Assembly (NCBI GenBank): GCA_965644315.1 | Contig: CBFFRQ010000013.1 | Location: forward strand, 434,001-498,000 | Direction: 5' to 3' | Length of the DNA stretch: 64,000 nt | DNA from: Caecitellus pseudoparvulus | Taxonomy: Eukaryota; Protista; Bigyra: Bicosoecida | In this document: positions 45,344-55,323 of the stretch, piece by piece | Layout: each line of letters starts with the position of its first letter | Numbering within the stretch: position 1 is the stretch's first letter | Position numbers and translations under genes: made by a program | The notes under the pieces: generated by a model | What the model was told of the DNA's origin: nothing | Database searches by the model: none | The model's input: the letters and a program-made list of their open reading frames with translations, nothing else

Positions 45344-47179
45344 TCACGCCCAGAATGCATTGCTCGCGTGTGGGCTGCACAGTCCTGCTTGTCCCGCGTG
45401 AGCAGGGCCAGGCTCAAGTGCTGAGTTGCTGGAGTATGCGGCCCCCCCTCCACAATCTTGGGCCACGAATCCTTGCCCGTGCACCTCCCCATGCAGAACG
45501 CAGCGTGCAGCGAGCCCATGCCACCCACGCTTCGTGTACATCACTGGTTGAGCGTGGTATGGAGGGGGCGTGGGAGGGATTGACACCCCGCGGCCAGCCC
45601 ATGCTGTCTCAAGGCAGGGAATGAGTGCTGAGAAGAGGCCCAAGGCATTCTGGACCAACCCTGTGAAGTACTTTCCAGCCTGCTCTTTGCCAAGAGCAGC
45701 AGGCACGAAGGCGCCAATCGCCAGCCACAAGCTTTCCACCGCGCCATGTGCTGGATCCCGCACCACGTCCAGCTGTCCCACCTCCAGGCTAGCATTGATC
45801 CAAGCTGCCCATGAAGACAGGGCCCGAAACCTCTGCTGGTGTGGCACAGCTGAGCAAGGCTCCACATTGGTCGGCCATAGAGACAAGTCGGGCTCCACGC
45901 GTAGGAGGCACCTTGTGCCTGTGCCACACTTAGATGCAGTGTAGTCCAAGTACAGGTCAACGTTTTCGGAGAACGGAAAGTCACGCTTCCCTTCCACCTT
46001 GCATCGGGATGAGACCGTGCACATGGCCGGATCCCAAGACCACGCAGTGACTCCGCTCGCCTGTAACGCCGCCAAGAAGCCCCTGGCAGCACACGAGCCT
46101 GCTTCGCAAGCCCATGGCACGCGGGCCAGTGACAACATGCTCAGCACTGTTAAACGTGGAATGACTGCGGAGTTCAGTCTGGCTGCTGTGCCTGGAGGAA
46201 GAATGCTTGAGCTCGAGCTGGCGGCCGCGGATTGCTCGCCTGCGCACGCTCGCGGCATGCGAGCAAAGGTGGGGCTGCCGCCGTCGGTCCTCTGCGAGCT
46301 TTGAGAGCTGAGCGACGGTGCAGACGGGTCACCCCCGCCAGGTAGCTGGGGCAAGACTGCATCTCTGAGCTGTAGAAAACTGACTTGCATGAGCCCAAGC
46401 TCGCCACAGGCTTGGGCCGTGCGTGCCAGCCCAACATCATGGCTGGTCGGAAAGTGCGCCCACTGCCCGACGCTATCATGGGCTTGAGCTTCCACCATAG
46501 CCACAGCGATCGCAGGTGCAATGCTACCCATGCCAACTGCAAATGCACATGGCGCATACATCTCAAGCACAGCTGCGGCTGCCGCGACGGCATCTGCGAC
46601 GAGCACTCCGCGCCGTGTGGCTGACTGCACTTCCACGGCACATGCCCGGAAAGAGATTGTCACACCTCGTGCATGCACATGAAGGAGCTGGAAAGATCCA
46701 AGTGGCAAGCCATGGTTCATGCGCGCGCACAACTCTGATAGTGCATCACGACGCTGCACGGGGAAGGCGATGCCGAGCGTGGCGGTCACAGCCCACCTCT
46801 GCGGATCTGCCTCTACACTCAGGGGGTCCAATTCTGCAACGCAAAGTTGCATGCTCGCCATGAAGGCACCAGCTTGAACCTGTAAGTGGCGCAGCAGGTT
46901 TGAATAGGACTCCCACGTGTGCTGCAGCGCGGGTGGAGCCTGCAGAGGAACGGCAGCGAAACCGATTTCGCGGCCGTGTTTGAGGGACGCGGCTGGGTCG
47001 AAGCCTGCAGTTAGCCAAGGCATGGGTGGAGAAGGAGACCACATCAGCCCAAGCAGCTTAGAAATTGTGTCAAGGGTGGACCGCTGTGCTTGCTCATCGC
47101 TTGTGGGACCTGCTGCATCCATTGCTGTTTGAGCAGCTGTGTGTTGAGGCGCCGCGTGTTTCCGCTGGCTGTGCGACAT
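45344..47179 (-). CDS. Hypothetical protein with two YbjN-like (T3SS-chaperone fold) segments
   Basis: 'FPVQRRDALSELCARMNHGLPLGSFQL...ISFR' and 'VPHQQRFRALSSWAAWINASLEVGQLDV'; long ORF; start uncertain. Confidence 0.5.
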   Translation of the reverse strand: MSHSQRKHAAPQHTAAQTAMDAAGPTSDEQAQRSTLDTISKLLGLMWSPSPPMPWLTAGFDPAASLKHGREIGFAAVPLQAPPALQHTWESYSNLLRHLQVQAGAFMASMQLCVAELDPLSVEADPQRWAVTATLGIAFPVQRRDALSELCARMNHGLPLGSFQLLHVHARGVTISFRACAVEVQSATRRGVLVADAVAAAAAVLEMYAPCAFAVGMGSIAPAIAVAMVEAQAHDSVGQWAHFPTSHDVGLARTAQACGELGLMQVSFLQLRDAVLPQLPGGGDPSAPSLSSQSSQRTDGGSPTFARMPRACAGEQSAAASSSSSILPPGTAARLNSAVIPRLTVLSMLSLARVPWACEAGSCAARGFLAALQASGVTAWSWDPAMCTVSSRCKVEGKRDFPFSENVDLYLDYTASKCGTGTRCLLRVEPDLSLWPTNVEPCSAVPHQQRFRALSSWAAWINASLEVGQLDVVRDPAHGAVESLWLAIGAFVPAALGKEQAGKYFTGLVQNALGLFSALIPCLETAWAGRGVSIPPTPPPYHAQPVMYTKRGWHGLAARCVLHGEVHGQGFVAQDCGGGAAYSSNSALEPGPAHAGQAGLCSPHASNAFWA

Positions 47180-47392
47180 GGAAACCTTAGAGGCCCCTCT
47201 GTGTGCGGCACTGAGTGCAGCCCTGCTTGAAATCAGGGATGGAGTTGACCCGCGCGCTGTGGAAGGGGGGTGACTGCTGTGCTTTCCAAGTGCGATATGA
47301 CCACCACCTGCAAAATCCTTCAACCTGCTCAGCAGATTACAAGCTGCGGGCAGCCCCCAATAGAGTATGTTGATCAAAGTCAACAATAAGAC

Positions 47393-48709
47393 ATGAGCCG
47401 TTTTACCCGCTTTTCATTTTTGGATGGACTTGTGCCAGCATGGCTGCCCATGCTGTCCATCAGTGCCGGAAACGCAAGCCCCCCTGAGTCATCAAGCCAG
47501 GGTGCTGATGGCCGAAGAAACTGGAATTCTGGCATGCAGTTAGTGAAGGAAAGTGCTGCATCGCTTCTGTTGTGCCAAGAAGCGCTGGAGAGCTTCAACG
47601 CGTCGTGGAGTGGAGTGGATGTGTCAACGGCAGAGTTTCGTGCGGCATTGAAAGTGCAGGCAGCCTTTCAAGCAGTGTGCGATCTGGCGACGGTAGCTCG
47701 TCAACGACTGGACTTGAAAGCTCAGCTTAAATCGTTTGGGTGCAGCTGCACCACGTTCCTTGCTGAGGCACGTCTCCAGTTCCTCCACTATGCTTCTGAG
47801 CTGCGGCGAGTGGACTCTCTTGCAGCGCAACTCCAGGCATCTACGACGGGCCAAGACATGCTAAATGAGATCGAATCGCTCGGCACAGATATAGAAAGCA
47901 TGCTCCTATCTCCTCTCACCCTCGTGCGGGCTTGTGCGCATGTGGATGGGCTCCCGGCGGCGGGCACGGGAGAGCTGCGAGGCGCTGCCTGTGGCCTTCT
48001 CAAAGACATGCAAGCTGCAGTTCTTGTGCATGCTACGACGGAGAAGGGGAGCCAAGTGGATGCCCTTGGGGTTGAGGTTGCGATCCAGTGCACCCTGCCG
48101 CCCTGTGGTGGTGCTCCTGGCCTCAGCACCCCTCAGGGGACTCAAACAGAACCGCCCTGTCCAGCCCAAGGTCCCGCGGCAGGCGTCCCGAGGGGGAGCG
48201 CGACAGACCCACAGCCTGGCCAAGCCCACAGCGGGCAAGCCGCGCAGGAGACTCTTGACTCCGCGCACTCTGAGCAGGCAGACGAGGCGTTGAGTGTGCA
48301 TCGATGCATTGGCCGAGCCGCACCCTCCCCGCTGCTCCTGCTCTCTGATACTCGCGAGGCAGGACCACCCCCCAGTGCAGAGCTTTGCCGGCCAGTGCCC
48401 CTGCGTAGCCAGACACTGCCTTCTTTCAGGACTCCCACAACCTGGATGCATGACCAGCATGTGCCTTCCCCTGGACGAGGAAGGTCCAAGAAGCACCCCC
48501 TCATGCACGGAAAGTACGCCAAGCGCTTGGAAGAATCGCGTCACAGTGGGGCGCTCTCAATGCTGTCCAGCTCCCACGCGTACAAGGCCCGCCTGAGCGC
48601 CATCCTCCAAGAGCTTGAAGTTGACTTTGAGAGACACGCCGCGACTCCCGCTGGGCCCTTTTCTCCTCGAGCGAGCTCACGTTCCACAACAAGCAGGCAG
48701 CATCAATGA
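47393..48709 (+). CDS. Hypothetical protein (helical N-terminus, disordered C-terminus)
   Basis: 438-aa ORF filling the gap between neighbouring genes; no recognised motif. Confidence 0.45.
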   Translation: MSRFTRFSFLDGLVPAWLPMLSISAGNASPPESSSQGADGRRNWNSGMQLVKESAASLLLCQEALESFNASWSGVDVSTAEFRAALKVQAAFQAVCDLATVARQRLDLKAQLKSFGCSCTTFLAEARLQFLHYASELRRVDSLAAQLQASTTGQDMLNEIESLGTDIESMLLSPLTLVRACAHVDGLPAAGTGELRGAACGLLKDMQAAVLVHATTEKGSQVDALGVEVAIQCTLPPCGGAPGLSTPQGTQTEPPCPAQGPAAGVPRGSATDPQPGQAHSGQAAQETLDSAHSEQADEALSVHRCIGRAAPSPLLLLSDTREAGPPPSAELCRPVPLRSQTLPSFRTPTTWMHDQHVPSPGRGRSKKHPLMHGKYAKRLEESRHSGALSMLSSSHAYKARLSAILQELEVDFERHAATPAGPFSPRASSRSTTSRQHQ

Positions 48710-48710
48710 G

Positions 48711-50096
48711 CTAAGGTGGCGGCAGGCGCAGTTGAGGCTTCTCAAGCACGTTGCAGTCCCACCGACTGGGGCTCTGTAGGATCTCCCCCCCCTGGACCCC
48801 TCCTCGTGGAATGCCACCTGCGCCAGTAAAGTGCCAGCAGCGTCGAATCTGATGAACGACGTGGTATGTCTCCCTTTCGTCGTTTACAAGGTTGCCCGAT
48901 GCCTCGTCAAACAGCAAGTGGTCCACACGATCCAAGGTCATGATAGGACCCCGCTCCAGCGAATACTTGACGGTCGGCTGCACTAAGTCACTGTGGACGA
49001 TGTAGTTGTGAAGCCCTTGGTCGTTGCCGTGGCGGCCACACCAGGGGTGCTGCCTGGAAAATCGGTCCTGAAGTGTCAAGTACTTCAACGCGTGGGGCGT
49101 GGTTGCAAGCGTTGTGCCTGAACAGGAGGCACGCTTCCCCCATAACCGGTGCATGGCAGCGTTACCAAAGCACTGCGATATCCACTCCGCGTTTATGTCA
49201 GGGTACTCCATCGTGTTCCGTTCGTTTTCTAGGAATGCATGGAGGCCAGGCTTGAAGCCCCCCGCCTCTGTCCGAATGATGTCAAAGGGGTCAAGCTGAA
49301 ACACGACATCGGTTACATCAGCAAACATAACTGCATCGTACTTTTCGGACAGACCCCACTCCTGGAGCATGTGCCGGTATGCAGAGAAGCGCACGGAGCT
49401 TGCGGCGATACCGTCCCATCGCGTTACTGGTCCAAATGCTAACTCCACCGCGAAGGCACCCCCCCCTTCCTTGGAGCTGAACTCAGAAAGGGTTGGCAGG
49501 TACGCTTCCGCTGTGTCTGTGACAATGAAAACGTCCGCTTCACAACCTGTGCCCCGCAGCGTTCGCAAGAAACGCTGCAGCTGAGGAGGCGGTGCAGTGG
49601 TGTACATGCCAAAGACAGCTACGCGCTGTGGCGAAGTGCGTGGAAGGCTGGAGGGTGTCGACCACCGGTGCATGACAGCAGTTTTATCAGCGCTGAAGTC
49701 CTCCCCGCTTCCCACTTGGCGGGGGTCGTGCAGTGCTAGCGAAGGCACAACCATATTGTCTTGCGTGATCACCATCCACGTCAGCGAGTACCCACAGGCA
49801 CCCAAGAAAGCCAGCCCCCAGAAACAAAGCACGGGGGCGGCAATTCTTCTCGCGAAAAAAGCCCAATTAAATGATCCATGCACCCAAAGGCCTGGCTTGC
49901 GTTGCTTTTCGCGGACCGAGTGGGGCAGCAGCCGAGGACCAGCCACAACGCCGCAGACCCCACATGCCCGCTCCCACACTCCAAGGTAGCCCAACGCAGC
50001 AAAGAGAAGGGAACCAAGCACAAGAATCAAGACGGCCGCATTGTATGCAGAGAGGTACGTCGGGTGGTACCAGTACGGCAGGTCACTTTCCGGCAT
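48711..50096 (-). CDS. Membrane-anchored GT-A-like glycosyltransferase
   Basis: Two N-terminal TM helices; RFSAY...VMFADVTDVVFQLDPF (DxxD), WISQCFG, CSGTT, DQGLHNY, VVHQ. Confidence 0.65.
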   Translation of the reverse strand: MPESDLPYWYHPTYLSAYNAAVLILVLGSLLFAALGYLGVWERACGVCGVVAGPRLLPHSVREKQRKPGLWVHGSFNWAFFARRIAAPVLCFWGLAFLGACGYSLTWMVITQDNMVVPSLALHDPRQVGSGEDFSADKTAVMHRWSTPSSLPRTSPQRVAVFGMYTTAPPPQLQRFLRTLRGTGCEADVFIVTDTAEAYLPTLSEFSSKEGGGAFAVELAFGPVTRWDGIAASSVRFSAYRHMLQEWGLSEKYDAVMFADVTDVVFQLDPFDIIRTEAGGFKPGLHAFLENERNTMEYPDINAEWISQCFGNAAMHRLWGKRASCSGTTLATTPHALKYLTLQDRFSRQHPWCGRHGNDQGLHNYIVHSDLVQPTVKYSLERGPIMTLDRVDHLLFDEASGNLVNDERETYHVVHQIRRCWHFTGAGGIPRGGVQGGEILQSPSRWDCNVLEKPQLRLPPP

Positions 50097-50229
50097 GGTT
50101 GATCGAGCAATTTCCGCCAGCTTCCGCTGCCAGTCGTCTGGGTCTGACCTCGATTGCCGCCACTTGGGCTAGGCGAGCAGACAGCGCAACTTTCAACTGA
50201 AGACTTGCACAACAAGTGCGTGGATTTTG

Positions 50230-52608
50230 CTACTGAGTTGGTTGCGGTCCCTCTGTAGCACAGTGATCTGAAGGCAGCCCTCCGCCTGTGAGTCCGTCCC
50301 CGCCGCCGCCTGGGTTTGCACACCCTGCAGCGAGCTGCCGTGCTTTGAGAAGTTGTGCAGCACCTCCACGACGCCGCTGCACGACACGATCGTGCGAAGC
50401 TGCTTGTACAGTGGCGGCCCGCGCCTGAGAGCGCGGCCGCGCATACTCCACGATGCTGCGCTGGCCCCTTGACGAGTCATGGCAAGTCAGCTGCAGGATC
50501 CGCTGCAACGCGCCAGGCATGAACACAACCATTGAAGTGACATCATCATGTACACGCCTGCGACAGCGCAAGCTTCCCCCCAGCAGCACCGGAAGGGACA
50601 CGCCAGCCACGCTGCCAGCCTTTGCCAACGCAGCGACAGCGATGCGGTCTGCCGCCGAGGTGCCCAGGCGCACCCGCGCCACGCCTTGGGCAGCACAAGC
50701 CACAGGATGTTCCACGATGCTGAACATAGACCCGCTGGAATGCACGCTTGCAGTGCCAGCCCCCCAGGCTTGCTCCTGCAGCACATGTGCAGGCCGAAGC
50801 TGCCCAGACGTAAAGCAGATGCCGGGAGGCAGAGTGTGCCCTAGCACCAGCGGTGCCACTGCAGGTGATGCAGTTCCAGGCGAAGCAACATGCGCCATTC
50901 GCTGGCTCTTCCGTGGACTCCGCTCTAGGGCACGGTCGGCACTACTCACCTCGCGGCGACGTCGCCGCGTCGAGCGAGGGGTGCCCGGAACAGCAACAGC
51001 CGAGCCAGGCCACCGCAGCGGCATGGCCAACAAAGATGCTGGCGGGCCTCGCAAGTTATGCAAGGGCTTGTGATCAGTGAGCGTGCCGCTGGTTGTGTTG
51101 GCCCGCTGAAGCTTGGCACGACGAGGTGGCGGGGGCGGGATGGAGGTGGCCGCCGCGGCCACTGTGTGACGCAGGCGCGGCTCTAGCACGGAGTCCACAA
51201 CCTCTTGGCATGACAGGCGCTCGTGCACCCCATCAGAGGACAAGACGAGGAACAGGTCAGCCTCATTAACCTCGTGCACAGTCAACTCCGGCACAGCGCA
51301 GATGTACGGCGTGTGCGTGGAGCCGCCACAAGCCCAGCCTTCGTGCTTCAAGTACAGGTCTCCCAATGCCCGTGTCACCGACAGGGAACCCGCCACGCGA
51401 ACGGGTGGCTGCTGCACTCGGCGTGCGACGTCCCCAGCGGAGGGGCGGAATGGCCGGCTGTCTCGGGCTGACCCATGCACGAGCACTTGGCGCTCCTGCA
51501 CAGCCAGCACCTCCTGCAAATTGCTGTGGTTGTGATCGCGAGTGAGCAAGATCCCACGCACTACACTCTGGTCCACTCCTGTCCCCAGGGCATCGGCTGC
51601 TGAGACCTTGGAGCTCTGTGCGTCACCCCCTCGGCTGGCCAGCTTGCGTTGGACAGCAGCATACACCCGAGCTTCCAGGGGGGCTTCACCGCCTCCAGCA
51701 GAAGCAGCCTCCGTCGCGGACTGCACGCGTGCCGCTCCGTTCATAAACTGGGTGCTGGCCCGGCTTGCGCTGCCCACGGCCGGTGCCACTGCTTGCGTCC
51801 CCAGCACCCCGCGGCAGTCGCCAATGTTTGCAATGAGCAGCAAGCCATTTTTCATGAGACCAATCACTGCACATGCCCCACTGTGTGCTAGAGCCTTGCT
51901 TTGCTCAGGGAGAGCCCTAAAGAGCTCACCCCCCCGCCCTTGCCGTGGCTGGCGTCCGGACCGAGTGGGTTTGCACGCCCCTGTGGTTGACGCTGCCGCC
52001 TCATCGTCACTGCACAGTGGTTGGTTGTCGAGCATGGATAGGACAAAGTCCGCCCAGGCCTGCTCCACCTCCTCCACTGCCCCGAGCAGGGCAGCCTTCC
52101 CCTCGTCACCGGCGCCGGCCCGTGTCAGGCGAGCCTGAATGGCCCGGGGCAGCCTGCGCGCCATGAAGGCAGAGCACGCATCACCACCATGACCGTCCAA
52201 CACCCCCATGACGGTGGCACCGGTGTCTTCATCGTGCACGAAAAAGTGGCGGTCTTCGCACGGGTCATTGGCGGGGAAGGTGGCTGCAACGTACGCTGGC
52301 ACACTGGTGCACAGGCCATTCTGCACTGCGTAGTCTACGGAGGGTGGCGCCATTGGATACCGCAGGCGGGAGGATGATGCGACACTAGCTGCACTGCTTG
52401 CTGTGTGCACAGGTGCCGGGGCCGGCGCCTCATGTACTCTTGCCGGTGCTTGGCTTCGGGCCGGCGCCGTTGCCGAGCGACGCAGCGACGCTGGACGACT
52501 GTGATCAGGGGTGGCAGGCGTTGGGAGCTCACACGTGACGCGGGGTTTGAGGTTGGGGGCAAGGAGATTCAGAGGGGCAACTTGGGGAGGTACATGTTGG
52601 GTGCTCAT
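50230..52608 (-). CDS. PP2C/PPM protein phosphatase (PDP/clade-D-like)
   Basis: ANDPCEDR, DGHGG, ANIGDCRGVLG, LSVTRALGD, LSSDG, RRRVHDDVT; 5' end uncertain. Confidence 0.88.
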   Translation of the reverse strand: MSTQHVPPQVAPLNLLAPNLKPRVTCELPTPATPDHSRPASLRRSATAPARSQAPARVHEAPAPAPVHTASSAASVASSSRLRYPMAPPSVDYAVQNGLCTSVPAYVAATFPANDPCEDRHFFVHDEDTGATVMGVLDGHGGDACSAFMARRLPRAIQARLTRAGAGDEGKAALLGAVEEVEQAWADFVLSMLDNQPLCSDDEAAASTTGACKPTRSGRQPRQGRGGELFRALPEQSKALAHSGACAVIGLMKNGLLLIANIGDCRGVLGTQAVAPAVGSASRASTQFMNGAARVQSATEAASAGGGEAPLEARVYAAVQRKLASRGGDAQSSKVSAADALGTGVDQSVVRGILLTRDHNHSNLQEVLAVQERQVLVHGSARDSRPFRPSAGDVARRVQQPPVRVAGSLSVTRALGDLYLKHEGWACGGSTHTPYICAVPELTVHEVNEADLFLVLSSDGVHERLSCQEVVDSVLEPRLRHTVAAAATSIPPPPPRRAKLQRANTTSGTLTDHKPLHNLRGPPASLLAMPLRWPGSAVAVPGTPRSTRRRRREVSSADRALERSPRKSQRMAHVASPGTASPAVAPLVLGHTLPPGICFTSGQLRPAHVLQEQAWGAGTASVHSSGSMFSIVEHPVACAAQGVARVRLGTSAADRIAVAALAKAGSVAGVSLPVLLGGSLRCRRRVHDDVTSMVVFMPGALQRILQLTCHDSSRGQRSIVEYARPRSQARAATVQAASHDRVVQRRRGGAAQLLKARQLAAGCANPGGGGDGLTGGGLPSDHCATEGPQPTQ

Positions 52609-53355
52609 CCTGGAGAAGCGGTAGCGGAGAGGGTGTGCGGGGGAGGCAGAGCAGAGCCAGGACACACTGTCTCAGCTGGTGCAGATGGGCATGGAAGTGG
52701 AAACAAGGATGGTATGACGCGTGTGGATGGAAGGCATTGATCCAGAATAAAGCTTGAACGGCACCAGAGTAGCCGCGACGCCTCACGGAGGGCGCTCAAA
52801 AGGCATGCAGTGGGGTGAAAAACGCGTAACGCCATGACACAGGTGCTGAGCCAGTGCTGCACACGTTCCCCATCAGTCGGTTGATACCAACACACACCTA
52901 GTTCAAAACAATGCCTTATCTCAGCCTTTCCTATTGAACGGCCCCAGTGTAGCTTTGGGCGTGTGTAGTGCAGCCACGGGTTTGGACTGCAGTTGCCAAG
53001 CAGGTGCTGCGACGTCTCAGAGGAGACTGGCATTGACGCCTTGCCACCTACAGCACCATTCTGGTTCGGAGCAGAAATGGGGGATAAGGATAGTGCACCG
53101 AGGTGTAGGCTGTGTCGGAGGGCTCGCATTGGACGACGCTTTGGGAGACTTCCTGCAGCTGGTTTGCAAGCAACTCGCCAAGTCCCACGCTTGAAGACAC
53201 TCTTGCAGCCAAACCAAATCTTGACTCACCTGCAAGACTGCATTCCACTTTTCCAGCCTGGGGCATGTCTCTGCCCACGTTGCCCGCTCCCAAGCCTGCA
53301 CTCGGCAAGAGCCCACCTTTCCCGTGGCTCGGCAGGTCGGTTTCTTGGGTGCAGC

Positions 53356-55222
53356 ATGGAGTTCACAGACCAGACAGCAGCAGATGCACAGGATGGTGAA
53401 AGCAAGCAGGAGTCGTCAGCACACGACGCCGGTGCTAGTGGTGGTGACCAGCTGGCACTGTTGGGCTTCACCGTGCGGCCTGGGGGAGGCAGTTTGGCTC
53501 CTGCGGAGTTTGACGTCGCTGCACCAGTATTGGCGGTGAAGCAAGCCATTTCCTCCCAGCTGGACTGCGAGCCCCACCACGTAGTCTTGCGGTTTGCCGG
53601 TACGTCAGAGTGTGCGAAGGGCTCATCGCCTTTGGGTTGGGCGGGCTGCTCTTGCAATACTGTGCAGCCCTTGCCATGCAAGCTGAGGAAATGTCGCGCG
53701 CTGCTCTTGGTCCCACTTGGACTGCACTTTCAGGACGGGCGTGTGCCTGGTCGACTGCCTGAGCTGCAGAGCAACTAGAGCACACTGCCTTCGCTCCTCT
53801 TTTGCTTTCTCAGGCATCGTCGTCCCAGCTGAACGCACACTGTGGGACTGTGGAATCCGGGTGGGGGATCACGTTGTCGGGGAGGTGACTGTGGATGAGA
53901 CCCAAACCAGCCACGAGTATGTCATGCCGCGCCTTATCACTATTGCGGTCAAGGACGAACTCACGGGGGCGGTGTTGCAAGAACTTGACGTGGAGGTGTC
54001 CAGGGACCCAGAGTGGGCCAACAAGCCGTACTTGGGCGGTTTCAGGCACAAAGGCACAGGCGTCCTGTACCACCATGCTGCCACCCAAACCGCCGGCAAA
54101 GTCAAGAAGCGTTTTGCAGGGTCGCAGCAGAAGTACAGCCGGGAAACTCAGACGGCGGCCTTCGTCGCGCGCTCGACGCAAACCCTGCGGGAAGCCAGCA
54201 CCCAAATGACTCGTCGCGACCTGTACGTGGATGGGCGAGGTGACGTTGTGCGGACACCGGGGGCGTACTTCTCAGCAGACGCCCTGGATGTCGTGCGGGA
54301 GGAGAAAGTCTTGCACATCCAGTGTGCGTGGAGGTGCCACGTGGCCCGGGGCAAGGCGGCTGCCGCCCTGCGTGAGCGCGAGGCTCACGCACAGGAGGCA
54401 GCCGCCTTGGAGGCTGCAGCAGCCGAAGCAGCGGCAGCGGAGGCGGCAGAAGCCCAGCGTCGGCGAACACAGCCCCGGTCCAAGCAGGACTTCGCTGCCC
54501 TGTACAACGAAGTGGAGGCCTGGCGTGCCTCTGAGACAGCCCGCATCGACGCTGACTACGAGATGTCCACGCAGGAGAAAGCCATTGCCCGCGCACGGCT
54601 CCTGGCCAAAGAAACTCGCATGCTGCAGGCCATTGGGCGCCTCAAGGGGGATGCGGCTGTGGCTAACAAGGGCGAGCGGGTGCAGAAGATGCTGGACGCC
54701 ATGGCGTCTGCGAAGAAGTGGGAGATGTCGGATGGGGAGGTGGCCGCCATTCACACACCGTTCACAAGCCGCGCAAAGGAGCTGGCAGACCTGTACCGGG
54801 GGCTGGGCTTGCCCGTGACAGCGACGCCCACTGTGGAAGCAGCTGCGTCGGCTGCCGGGGCGAGCGAGAGCAAGTCTCCCGCAGTTCTTGCAGGCTCCGC
54901 ATCGGCTCTGACTGTAGACGAGCGGTTGGATGTGCTGCTGCACGTCAAGTGGACCGTGCAAGAGTTCGACTGCAAGTTGACGCGGGAGGTGGTGTCCCTC
55001 ATCGACCGGGAGGCCGACATGCTCGACAGGGGGCGAGCTCCAAGCTCCATGAAGGGCCTGCGCAAACGCCTGCAAGGTTTGTTCCTGCAGTTTGTCGAGA
55101 CACCTGAGTTCAACCCGGAGGCTGCGCGGTTCCAGCGGGTTCCCAGGTCGTTGGATGAGCGCCCCCTTGTCAAGCCTATTGTGAAGAAAACCTACGGCGA
55201 CAAGTACTTGGACTTGGCCTAA
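53356..55222 (+). CDS. IQUB: IQ and ubiquitin-like domain protein (flagellar radial spoke, FAP253); 2 exons
   Basis: Ubl N-terminus, KPYLGGFRHKGTGVLYHHAATQT, IQCAWR, ERLDVLLHVKWTV...READML...TPEFNPEA. Confidence 0.9.
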
Positions 55223-55323
55223 ATGCACACACTTTGGCCTCTTATGACTGCAAACAGGGCTCTCCCCAATGCTGTCGCAGCATTAATGGTGCCATCCTGC
55301 GCACTGTTGGGAGCTGCAAACCA

